DNA of 64,000 nt from a virus: the IMG/VR virus record IMGVR_UViG_3300025085_000007. One strand, written 5' to 3'. Below are positions 37,101 to 46,089 of this stretch, in pieces. The notes below the pieces were generated by a model. The model was given only the letters and a program-made list of their open reading frames with translations. It did no database searches and had not been told where the DNA came from. The stretch's first letter is position 1. Every line of letters begins with the position of its first letter. A program made the position numbers and the translations under genes.

Positions 37101-40100
37101 CAGCTCATAGTGCAGTTTTTGCTGTATATGACACACAATTACACCAACATTTAAGTGATTTAGCTACAGGAGATGCTTCTAATAGTTATTTTAATAGTAA
37201 TGGTAAAGTCCAATATGTTACTAAAACTGATAACTCTATGATGAATGTGCCTAGTAACACACATACATTAGGATCTGCTACAGGAAATAGACCAAGCGGT
37301 GCTGGAATACAAGGAACAAGTGGTGATTACGGGGCAGGACAAAACGATCCTTTTTCAACAGAATATTTAGGATCTGGAATAACTGACTATTACGCTAATT
37401 GTAAAAACTTAGGTAATTATTTTGAATTAGGAAACTCTAAAGAAATTACAGATGGTGAAATTATAGGTAAAGAATTTTTTGAAGATTCTAAAGCTACCTC
37501 TTTTCCAACAGGTTTTAATACGTCAGGTTTTTCAAATCACACTTTAGGATTTGCGTGGATGTCTAGTGGAAGTGCAAGTTGGAATACGGATGGCACAAAA
37601 AATGCTGGTAATATAGATGGTACTAATTTTTCATGTACTGTACAAAGCAAAGATTATACTGGTGGATTTACAAATGGTTTAATGCCAGGACAAGCTCATA
37701 GAGATTTAGATATAAATCAATATAGCACAGATACAGTTTCTCAGTTAATGAGAGGAACAAGAGGTATTATTTTAAATATTGCAAAAACAACTCCAACAAG
37801 CTTATCAAGTTTATATAGTAGTAGATCTACATCTTATAATAGATTTTCAGGAACTATAGATATTGCTAGAGTAATAAGCGAACAAAATTGGTGGGCTAGT
37901 AATGGTAGTAAAAAAGGAATGAATTATGCAAAAAATAAAAAAATACCATATATAGTTTCAGCTAACATAGTAAGAGAGCTAGTTGACCAATACGGCGGAA
38001 ATACAAAACAAAGTATAGAAGAAACTGTTTACAATTCTTGCGGACATTATCATCCTATAAATGTAGATACAGAAGGTCACACTTCTATAGTTTTTGGTGG
38101 AGATACTTTTGTTACAATGTATTCACACCAAGTAACTACATCTCCATATCCAGCAAACTCAGCTACAAAATTTTTAATATTTCCTGTAGAATCTTTTGTA
38201 AATACACAAATGAGGTCAGGATTACATTTAGGTAATGGAGATCACGAAGAGGGTTTTGATCAAGACAATTTGCCTGTTAGTAATGATTGGTTATATAATC
38301 CTGTGTATTCTCAAGAAAAGAATTTAAAACGATTTGTTTCTGTCAAAGAATCAGATTGTGATATAAAAAATCTACCTTACGAAATAGCATACTCTCAAAC
38401 TAAATTAACAGGAGAGCCAACTGATGCATTTAGATCTTTTCCTTATTTAAATTTTCACGATGTAGAGGGTACATTTGGTGAAATAACAGGGTTAATAAAT
38501 CATAACAATGAGATATATTTTACACAAGAAAAAGCTTTTGGTAAATTAGTAATTAATCCTAGAACTTTTGTTAAGGATGATGCTACAGGTGATTCTATTT
38601 TTACAGGGCAAGGAAATATATTAGAAACAGAAATGTATATATCTAATGTATACGGAACAAGACATATTAATAGTATAGTTAATAGTGATAAAGCTTTATA
38701 TTTCTTTGACGTAGACAATGAAAAAATATTACAGTTTATTGAAGGTAAGGGTTTGCGTGTTCTTAGCGATGAAAAAGGTATCAAAAATAAATTAAACAAA
38801 TATTTAAATTTAGGTAGATTAAAAGTATATCAAAAATATAAAAACGAAAAAGTGTATGGTACTGGTCATATTGAAGATCGAATTTATCATAATGATATGC
38901 CGTTGCGTTTTATTGGTATACACGGAACGTTTGATAAAAAGAAAAGAAATTTAATTTACACTATATTAGATGGGGCTAGAATTGATAAGCAAGACAGAGT
39001 TGATAACGAGGCTAAACATGATTTAAGCGTTAGAAAAACATTATCAAGCTATAAAGACAACGTTTTTAAAGATGAAAGTTCAGGATCATTACAAACAAGA
39101 GCCTTTAATCCTTGGATTAATGATAATGCTAATATAGGATATGCTGATAGACTTAGATTCAATAACACATTAATATATAATGAAGAGTTAGACACGTTTG
39201 TTACTTGGTCTGACTATACTCCTTCGCAATGGATAAATCATAATGGATATGTATATTCTACAGCTAACAGGCAAGTATTTACAGAGTGGAATGTAAGTAT
39301 AACTGCATATCCAACATCTTTAGCAGGTACAACTATTGCTAATTATAGTCATGAAGATTCTATGGATTATAAAGACATTTATAGATACGGATCTAATAGA
39401 TTAAAACAAGGGTCTGTGCAGCTTTGGATGTTAAATGGTAGTGAAGAAAAAAATATTCTTTACAATGAAGATGCCAATTTAATGCAAATTAATGATTCAG
39501 ATGCAGCTTGGGTTCATTCAGCAAGCGATTTTACATCACCTAATCCATTATTTGTTTTTGACGGTTATGATAATATATTTACAGAATATCCTAAATCATA
39601 TACATCTACTGGACATGATATTGATGGATATCAGTATAATACCTATCAGTATTATATAGAAAAAGGATTTTCTAGACATCATTTAAAAAGAATTTATCCT
39701 GTTATATTTGAGGCTTCTATTAATGATTTTTCTACTGTAAATAAAAAATACGACAATGTTAATATACATGTTACTGCAGATAATGTAATAAATAATGGTA
39801 TTTATAATTCTATAGATAGAAATGGATATATTGTTTACGGTGAAGATAGCACACTTTCTGGAGTTAGAGAAGTTTATAAATTAAATAGATTAGATAACAC
39901 AATAACAGATCAAGTAAATTTATCTTGGTATTATAATACAAATTCTGTTAAAAATATAATGCCTGCATTGCAGTCTAATTCTGATGCTTATTATTCTTAT
40001 GAATTGACACAGTATGAACAAGGAGCGTATACACAAGTAGAAAATACGTCTTTTTCATCATTGTTTGATAAGATAACCTACAGTACTGATGTATTTAACA

Positions 40101-40486
40101 ATAACACTACTTATAAATTTTATGATAAGCTTGAGTTGTTAAATAAATTAGGAGATAATGAAGGTAATACAACAACAGAAGATATACAATATTTTTCAGA
40201 CAAATTAGATGTTTATACAAGTCAACTATTAAATCATAAATATAGAGAAGGTGTTTTGAATGTTCCTGTTTCTGAAAACAAAATAAATGATAATTTATTT
40301 AATATGGATTATGATTCTGATACTGAATATAACATCGATTATATTAATAGTTTAACTGAAAAAACTAACAAGTTAATTTCTAGCAGAATAGTAGGTAGTT
40401 ATTTAAATGTTAAACTAGTGTCAAGAACACACAAAAAATTTAATATCTTTGCAATAACTGCAAAATTTAGAAAATCTTTTAATTAA
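34181..40486 (+). CDS. Tail stabilisation/muzzle protein (2101 aa)
   Basis: GGM..D.DP, YA.NI, YAYAFKY..G..S..SP.S, F.RGETYRFG, FGGDTFV, YN.VYSQ, G.I and Y.FD motifs of crAss-type stabilisation proteins. Confidence 0.8.
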   Translation: MATNKQDNKKQKRKNQITKPSGFYGGMVSDPDPRLQPKTTYRYARNISLINLDGTSLTVENANGNRKIVDLLEYFGKDKQGNFGFYNYNTSSIEYYGPQEDNTDTNLNQQDFAGNIVGHYSFKNQLFLIVCGITKFSENESDFRTQFLLLDFDNNGEVLTVKDLRVSFNANGGAELPNINMDPTILCRVEGLVENECLTRVYWTDNKNPLRTLSLKSSTLTTLDPNELDVKPQASFNQPLVDKTIPGSLLSGVYAYAFKYKTDDGAVSGISPISDIYHVSNKSLAGSATYYGSNSGLPTSYGLQIKVGELDERYDSVEFYSIYYQDLDNAPVVSKIGEKSITGSSMVFTHSSMKPEIPLGLTEVLIPSNTWDLCKDIAVKDNILFAANLRSIQNVVSEKEWNVRVRRCSLHNLSTGSSSVVGVLTTTDTEVKDYTLDSSGNPFELYQAGSYKKWDFSNSYKACSQSHRYMPEITDKPVLGAMSYGFLDTDSAYALKNGLGGCRVSFYNLRKLSENKNNKGKSNDLTYGSYSSEATNLYTDSYTDINSSNNSNNYKLSLSNIGGAKDMVSAGSRRGFQRGETYRFGVLVYDKAGNPGNVLWIGDIQMPYHSDRYYRRKIDNYTWDSVLRDDLYEDDTYSIDYRMSSSSAMQVPGYVNKHNKFDQTFSDNGSTGASSSFEKNNMFFSPPGVTNHYTYDLGLVFEFKIPQEVRNKISGFKVVRAERTENDRSVLQQGALAQTVYYSRKPARNQYSFKYSPSTSLTNLGSETDETNPLWPEYETLLGGYIGLNYYQNNLDGSGGDGTAANEYIDTSNAATSVLLRKDQDGFYSSAGGADTNYTTSRYFGYDAWGTYKRSGTTGNTRHICLNTWVMYSPDSAFGVRPYQHVNGNRLSIISTLKAVDKIRVKSDPEIEATNEYGNATGVTRTFNTSDYPSIDTSINEVSVGFQYGGWNAGSDKGDYFTTKKVAESDQRATAHSAVFAVYDTQLHQHLSDLATGDASNSYFNSNGKVQYVTKTDNSMMNVPSNTHTLGSATGNRPSGAGIQGTSGDYGAGQNDPFSTEYLGSGITDYYANCKNLGNYFELGNSKEITDGEIIGKEFFEDSKATSFPTGFNTSGFSNHTLGFAWMSSGSASWNTDGTKNAGNIDGTNFSCTVQSKDYTGGFTNGLMPGQAHRDLDINQYSTDTVSQLMRGTRGIILNIAKTTPTSLSSLYSSRSTSYNRFSGTIDIARVISEQNWWASNGSKKGMNYAKNKKIPYIVSANIVRELVDQYGGNTKQSIEETVYNSCGHYHPINVDTEGHTSIVFGGDTFVTMYSHQVTTSPYPANSATKFLIFPVESFVNTQMRSGLHLGNGDHEEGFDQDNLPVSNDWLYNPVYSQEKNLKRFVSVKESDCDIKNLPYEIAYSQTKLTGEPTDAFRSFPYLNFHDVEGTFGEITGLINHNNEIYFTQEKAFGKLVINPRTFVKDDATGDSIFTGQGNILETEMYISNVYGTRHINSIVNSDKALYFFDVDNEKILQFIEGKGLRVLSDEKGIKNKLNKYLNLGRLKVYQKYKNEKVYGTGHIEDRIYHNDMPLRFIGIHGTFDKKKRNLIYTILDGARIDKQDRVDNEAKHDLSVRKTLSSYKDNVFKDESSGSLQTRAFNPWINDNANIGYADRLRFNNTLIYNEELDTFVTWSDYTPSQWINHNGYVYSTANRQVFTEWNVSITAYPTSLAGTTIANYSHEDSMDYKDIYRYGSNRLKQGSVQLWMLNGSEEKNILYNEDANLMQINDSDAAWVHSASDFTSPNPLFVFDGYDNIFTEYPKSYTSTGHDIDGYQYNTYQYYIEKGFSRHHLKRIYPVIFEASINDFSTVNKKYDNVNIHVTADNVINNGIYNSIDRNGYIVYGEDSTLSGVREVYKLNRLDNTITDQVNLSWYYNTNSVKNIMPALQSNSDAYYSYELTQYEQGAYTQVENTSFSSLFDKITYSTDVFNNNTTYKFYDKLELLNKLGDNEGNTTTEDIQYFSDKLDVYTSQLLNHKYREGVLNVPVSENKINDNLFNMDYDSDTEYNIDYINSLTEKTNKLISSRIVGSYLNVKLVSRTHKKFNIFAITAKFRKSFN

Positions 40487-41253
40487 TGGCAAATAGATAT
40501 TACGAAAATTTATATTCTGATATGTCTAATGAATTAGGCTTAGATGAGAATGTTAATAATGAAAGCAACAAACGTAAATCACCTATTTACACAGAGCAGT
40601 TACAATTTGAAGATCCACAAAGTATTGTTAATAGAGAAGTAGATCCTATACAATATGGTATGAGCGCACAAGAAATAGCTGAGACTGGCGCAGCTGTATA
40701 TAAAACTGCAGATACAGCATATAAATTTTTTGAAGGCAAAGATGCTTCTTTGTATTCTGATATTGCAGATAAAATACAACCTATGTTTTATAAGGAGGCT
40801 GACACTTTACAATCTATATACGGTGAAAATTATGTAGAGGGTGTAGGTCCAACTGGTGGAGAGGCAACAATAAAGCCAGGAACAGGATTAGCTTTAAAAG
40901 TTGGTGGAGAGGCTTTAAAATACTTTGCAGACGATGATGATCCAACAACAATGAATGTTGGTGAAACTGTCGGTACAGCTGCCTCAGGAGCTGGTACAGG
41001 TGTTATGCTTGCTAGTTTGTTGTCTGCGCCTGTCTTGCCTGTAGCTGTAGCGGCTGCTGTATTTTCATTATTAAGAGGTAAAAAAAGAAGAGATAAAGCT
41101 AGGGAATTGCAAAAACAAAAAGAAGCGCAAGATGCAATAGTACAAAACTATAGAGACACTCTTGCTGAATACAGAGAAAACAGAGATCAATTTCTTTCTA
41201 ATTACGAATACGAACAACAAACAGAAGGTTTGGTAGATAAATATATGAGTTAA
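40486..41253 (+). CDS. Putative ejection/cargo protein
   Basis: Gly/Ala zipper transmembrane segment (GTAASGAGTGVMLASLL...AVFSLL) plus coiled coil. Confidence 0.55.
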   Translation: MANRYYENLYSDMSNELGLDENVNNESNKRKSPIYTEQLQFEDPQSIVNREVDPIQYGMSAQEIAETGAAVYKTADTAYKFFEGKDASLYSDIADKIQPMFYKEADTLQSIYGENYVEGVGPTGGEATIKPGTGLALKVGGEALKYFADDDDPTTMNVGETVGTAASGAGTGVMLASLLSAPVLPVAVAAAVFSLLRGKKRRDKARELQKQKEAQDAIVQNYRDTLAEYRENRDQFLSNYEYEQQTEGLVDKYMS

Positions 41254-43850
41254 TGGCAGCTATTGATAGAAAAAATTTAGAAGATAAGATTAGAGAAGTG
41301 TATCCTGGTATTTCTGATGAAGCAGTCAGATCTATGATGATTAACATGCATGTTGAAACTGGATTAGATGATGGTAGTTTAAGAGAAAAAGCTTTTAAAT
41401 TTGATCAACTAAGACAAAATAAATATGCTAGCGATGGAACACCTTATTTAATTAGTGCAAATAATAATCTAGATAAATGGTTAAAAGGCCCTCCACCTAA
41501 AACAAAAGAAGATTATGATGCTTTAACAAATGAACAAAGATTAGGAGTGCAATATGCTGCAGATGAAAATGAAAAGTTTGCTGGAGGTTTTGGTTTATTG
41601 CAATTAACACCAGGAGTTAAAACTAATGGTAAAACTTTGGGCGCACTAAAACCAAAACAAGCTAGAAGAAGGTTCAAAGCTTTAGCTAGAGAAATGGGTT
41701 ATGATAGCGCAGAAGATTTGTTAGAAGCAGTTAAAACAGATGGTGATGTAGCTGCTGAGTTTAATTTAAGATATTACAAGAAATATGAAAATTGGACTGC
41801 AGAAGAGCTGAATGAAAATAGTGATGAAAAAAAAATGCGAAAAAAGTATTTTAATCCTAATGAGCCAGATTCTGTTATGGACCCAAAGTTAGCAGCATCT
41901 GCAGCAAATTATGATGAAGAGTTTATTAAATATCAACAATCAAATACTTTACAAGACTATAAAGATTATTATGATACAGACAACGTTACAATTGATGGAG
42001 ATGAAGTTGTTGTAGATTTTGGTGATGGTAACATTTTAAGAGAGCCTATTACAAAAGTTGATGATGCTATTAATGCTGAAAGACAAATAGAGTCTGAAGG
42101 GGGTACAGTAGGTGTTTCAGATCAAACAGAATCTGGACAAGACGTTCCTGTTTCACAGCCGCCTGTATTTACTCCTGATGAAGATGTTGTGCCACAACCA
42201 GAAACTGATACAGAAATTGATGGCATGTCAAATGAAATAGCAACGCCACAAGATGTTGAAGAAAGTGATTATGTAGTAGATCAAACAGAAGCTCAACGTG
42301 TATTTGGTCCAACAGCAAGACTACAAAACATAAACGGTAAAGATGTAATATTATATACAGATAATGAAGGGGTTGAGCAGCAAGTAGACGCAGATACTGT
42401 TACACAACAAACTCCTGATTATGTTACTCCATCACCTGTTCCGCCTCCAGCTCCTCCAATAGTAACAGAAGTACAAGAAGAAGTGCCAGACGCTACTAGA
42501 ACTCCAGAAATACCTGAAGTAGAATTACAGGAAGATTCTGAAAGAGAGATACCTGAAACTGAAGAAGAGTTAAGGCGTCGTAATATGGAAAGACAGCAAG
42601 AGTTAGAAGAAGAAACGCAGGTAGAAGATCCTCAGATAGAAGTAGCCACTAATACACAAGAAGATACTGAAACACAAGAAGATACTGAAACACAAGAAGA
42701 TACTGATACAGAAGAAGATGCTGATACAGAAGTAGTTACTGAGACAGAAGAAGGTACTGATACACAAGAACAGGTTTCTACATCTTCGTTATCATTAGAA
42801 GAAGTACAAGAAATTTACGGTCCTAATGCAACTATAGGCAATGTAAATGGTGAAGAAGTAATAATAGTTACTGGAGCTGCTGAAGATGGATCGGAAGATC
42901 AGCAATACCTTATGTCTGACGCTATAGCTCAGAGAGATGAAAGAATAGCTGCAGAAAATGAGTTAATAGAACAAAACAATTCAGATGTATTAGGCATGAG
43001 AAGACGTGACTTCAGAAATATGACTGAAGAAGAATTAAATCAACGTTTAGAAGAAACTAATTTGTCTGATGAAGAAAAAGATAATATTAGAACTAATTGG
43101 ACAAGTGCTAACGAAGATAGTATATTAGAAAATTTATTTAAGTCTTTTAGCAAAGGTGATGGTAATGCTTTAGAAAAAGCTTCTAAACTATTAAAAGCTT
43201 CTGGTGGTATATCATCTTTAGTAGCTGGTTTTGTTGGAGCTAAAGCCGCTAAAAAAGGTATGGAAACAGTAGAGGTTCCAGAAATAGAAGGATTAAGCAC
43301 AGCTTTTAAACAATACTCACAGCAGCAAAAAGCTTTATCTGAAACTGGATTGTCTTACGCTGAAACGCAAACTATAAAACAAGGTATTGATGAGGCTTAT
43401 AAATTAGGTATTGATAATTTAGTTAGAGGTACAGGTGGTGATAGAGCTAAATTTTTAGCTGGTACAGGAGCGTTAGATTCTAACAGACAAACTTCATTAT
43501 TAAAATTAGCTGCATTAGAAGATGAAGCTAGAAGACAAAATAGAGAAGCTTACGGAAAGGTTTTAAGTTTTGAAGCTAATTATAATAAGGAAAAAGATAT
43601 ATTTACAAAGTCTAGAGAATACAATCAAAAGTTAGCTGACAAAGCTATGTTTCAAAATACGGCATCATCTGCTTTTCAGCATGTTTTTGATAACATAAGA
43701 TTTGGTCAGGATTATGCACCAATATTAGATCAAATGCAAAAAACAGTAAATCAGTTAGGTAATGTTTCTAATTTATTAGGTTCTTTTAATGTTGAAACTA
43801 ATAATGATACAGAGCAAGGTGATCCTAATGATCCTAATAATTCACAATAA
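41253..43850 (+). CDS. Ejection protein with N-terminal lysozyme-like domain and acidic linker
   Basis: AV..MM.NMHVETG...GFGLLQLTP resembles phage tail lysozyme; Glu/Thr/Asp-rich middle; helical C-terminus. Confidence 0.6.
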   Translation: MAAIDRKNLEDKIREVYPGISDEAVRSMMINMHVETGLDDGSLREKAFKFDQLRQNKYASDGTPYLISANNNLDKWLKGPPPKTKEDYDALTNEQRLGVQYAADENEKFAGGFGLLQLTPGVKTNGKTLGALKPKQARRRFKALAREMGYDSAEDLLEAVKTDGDVAAEFNLRYYKKYENWTAEELNENSDEKKMRKKYFNPNEPDSVMDPKLAASAANYDEEFIKYQQSNTLQDYKDYYDTDNVTIDGDEVVVDFGDGNILREPITKVDDAINAERQIESEGGTVGVSDQTESGQDVPVSQPPVFTPDEDVVPQPETDTEIDGMSNEIATPQDVEESDYVVDQTEAQRVFGPTARLQNINGKDVILYTDNEGVEQQVDADTVTQQTPDYVTPSPVPPPAPPIVTEVQEEVPDATRTPEIPEVELQEDSEREIPETEEELRRRNMERQQELEEETQVEDPQIEVATNTQEDTETQEDTETQEDTDTEEDADTEVVTETEEGTDTQEQVSTSSLSLEEVQEIYGPNATIGNVNGEEVIIVTGAAEDGSEDQQYLMSDAIAQRDERIAAENELIEQNNSDVLGMRRRDFRNMTEEELNQRLEETNLSDEEKDNIRTNWTSANEDSILENLFKSFSKGDGNALEKASKLLKASGGISSLVAGFVGAKAAKKGMETVEVPEIEGLSTAFKQYSQQQKALSETGLSYAETQTIKQGIDEAYKLGIDNLVRGTGGDRAKFLAGTGALDSNRQTSLLKLAALEDEARRQNREAYGKVLSFEANYNKEKDIFTKSREYNQKLADKAMFQNTASSAFQHVFDNIRFGQDYAPILDQMQKTVNQLGNVSNLLGSFNVETNNDTEQGDPNDPNNSQ
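42654..42725 (+). repeat. In-frame 18-nt tandem repeat (ACACAAGAAGATACTGAA, TQEDTE) x4, degenerate
   Basis: Two exact units, one with 1 mismatch, one with 3 mismatches. Confidence 0.85.
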
Positions 43851-43856
43851 TAGATT

Positions 43857-46088
43857 ATGGCAGAACAACAAGACGCAGCTTTAAATATGCTAGGACAGTC
43901 ACTATTTTCAGGTGACGCTTACAGCCAAAGACAGCAAAGATTTAACTTAGCGACTCAAGCAATACAAATGCAAAGTCAAAAAGTGCAGGCTAATAATCAA
44001 ATACAGTCTGCTGTAAGAGAAAACTATGAAAATTCTATGGCAATTGCTAAAGATGCTAGCGTTAGACCATATGATAGAAAAAGATTAGAAACTATATTAG
44101 GAGGCGGATATGGGTCTGTTATAGAAGAAATTAAAAATGATTTTAATGGAGATTTTATAATGTACTCTAATAATGTGGATGCTAGTGGAGTTAGTGGAGC
44201 AGATAAAATTAGAAATATATTTTTCAATAAAGATTTGCAGGATTTATATGAAGAAATGAATCATAATAAAACACAGTTTACAAAAATTATTGAAGTTTCT
44301 AAAGAAAATCCTGAGTTAGTACCAGCTGCTTATAAACAAGCTTTAGAAGAATGGCAACAAACTAATCCTACTGATCCTACACCAAAACTTTCTAGACTAC
44401 CTATTTTTGAGCCATTAGTAGACGTTAAAGCAGACCTAGAAGATTATTACAAAAATGTTGGTGGTAATTATGGTGCAAATCATATGGATATAATGACTTT
44501 AGCTCCTCATAAGGTTTTGCACAACATGCGTGTAGAAGGTTATAGTGAGTCTGAATTAGAAGAAGTTATAGCTAATTTTAATAAGCCAGGAACTAGAGGT
44601 TATAGTTTAGTTAAAGACTTTTTAGAAAATAATCATAGCACTAGTGGATTGTTAAATCCAGAAAGTCCTAATTATGTTACGGGAAAACTTGAATATAGTA
44701 AGGGGGATATAATGTCTCAAATAGCTGATAACTTAAATAGAGAGTCATATGTTATTGCTAATAATGATGATTACAAATCTATTGTTAATAATTTAAATCA
44801 AATAACTAGTCAATACATAAATGAAGTGCAAGAAATAAGCACAACAAAGCAAAGCTTTTTACCATATGAACATTTAGGACCTTTAAGAGGAAAAGGTAAA
44901 AGAGTTGTTACGGGTGGAGTTATGTATGATAATAATACTGATATGCAAAAATTATTAGAATCAACATTGCCTGGTTACGAAGTGAAGATGGGCAATTCTT
45001 TTGGTTTTAATAATGGTAAATTAGTGTTAAAAAATTACAATGTAATGAAGCATGCAAATGTTTATCACGCTGAAAATGGAACTGTAGTTGGTTATGATGA
45101 ATTATTTGATTTAGGTTCTGGATTAACATATGCTGCTGGTACTTCTATGGCAGGTGCAGTTGTGGGTGCTTTTACTGGTCCAGGAGCAGCTGTAACTGCT
45201 GCAGGTGGATTTGTATTAGGTGGTGCAGGATATGCTTCTACAACAGAATTAGATCAATACAAAGATTTAACTATAGATAAAGTTGTATTAGGTTATAAAT
45301 TAAATTTAGGAAACGGCGAACATGAATTATTATTAGACTTTGAAGATAAAACTAATAGTGATTGGAAAGCATATACAGATAAAATAGATTTTTCTGATTC
45401 ATCTGATCCTATGGCTGGAACAATAGAGCCAGTACATCTAGCTTATGGTAGAGATCAAGATTTAACATTTAGTGATGGTTATTTGATTGAATTGAATTTT
45501 AATGATTCTTCTATTTCTAATTTACAATCTAAGTATAAAGATACAAGAGAGGATTTTACAAGATCTATAGCAGAAGGAAAAGCAGGGGCACAAAATTATG
45601 AGCAAAGTATAGAATCAGCTAAACTATCGTCTCAAAGAAAAGTAGCTGCTATTGAAAAAGCACAAGATTATATTACTAAATCTTTTTCTAATAATAACGA
45701 TCCTAATGTATATAACAATATAATACAAACATTTGGAACTCCTGTAGAGTCTTATGGTAAATCTGTTGGTATACCTGAATCAGGAAATCAAATGAATCAA
45801 AGTTTATTATTAGCTGAAATTCTTGTATCTTCGCAATACTATAAAGATAAGAGTACTGGAGAGTACAAAAAATTAAAAGATAGTGAAGGAACAAAAGTTG
45901 CTACAGACGCTTTTAATAAAGTAAATAATCTTACATCTGTAATGGGATTGAATAAATCTAAATTAGCAGCATATAAAACAATGACAACATTAGATTTGCT
46001 TGAAGGTTTTAGATCTTTTTATTCGACAGATATGATTAATGATATGAAAAGATTAACTTTGTCATTGAGAGATTTAAAGAATTTATAA
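43857..46088 (+). CDS. Putative ejection/cargo protein
   Basis: Gln-rich N-terminus; glycine-zipper segment AGAVVGAFTGPGAAVTAAGGFVLGGAG; precedes the RNAP gene. Confidence 0.55.
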   Translation: MAEQQDAALNMLGQSLFSGDAYSQRQQRFNLATQAIQMQSQKVQANNQIQSAVRENYENSMAIAKDASVRPYDRKRLETILGGGYGSVIEEIKNDFNGDFIMYSNNVDASGVSGADKIRNIFFNKDLQDLYEEMNHNKTQFTKIIEVSKENPELVPAAYKQALEEWQQTNPTDPTPKLSRLPIFEPLVDVKADLEDYYKNVGGNYGANHMDIMTLAPHKVLHNMRVEGYSESELEEVIANFNKPGTRGYSLVKDFLENNHSTSGLLNPESPNYVTGKLEYSKGDIMSQIADNLNRESYVIANNDDYKSIVNNLNQITSQYINEVQEISTTKQSFLPYEHLGPLRGKGKRVVTGGVMYDNNTDMQKLLESTLPGYEVKMGNSFGFNNGKLVLKNYNVMKHANVYHAENGTVVGYDELFDLGSGLTYAAGTSMAGAVVGAFTGPGAAVTAAGGFVLGGAGYASTTELDQYKDLTIDKVVLGYKLNLGNGEHELLLDFEDKTNSDWKAYTDKIDFSDSSDPMAGTIEPVHLAYGRDQDLTFSDGYLIELNFNDSSISNLQSKYKDTREDFTRSIAEGKAGAQNYEQSIESAKLSSQRKVAAIEKAQDYITKSFSNNNDPNVYNNIIQTFGTPVESYGKSVGIPESGNQMNQSLLLAEILVSSQYYKDKSTGEYKKLKDSEGTKVATDAFNKVNNLTSVMGLNKSKLAAYKTMTTLDLLEGFRSFYSTDMINDMKRLTLSLRDLKNL

Positions 46089-46089
46089 T

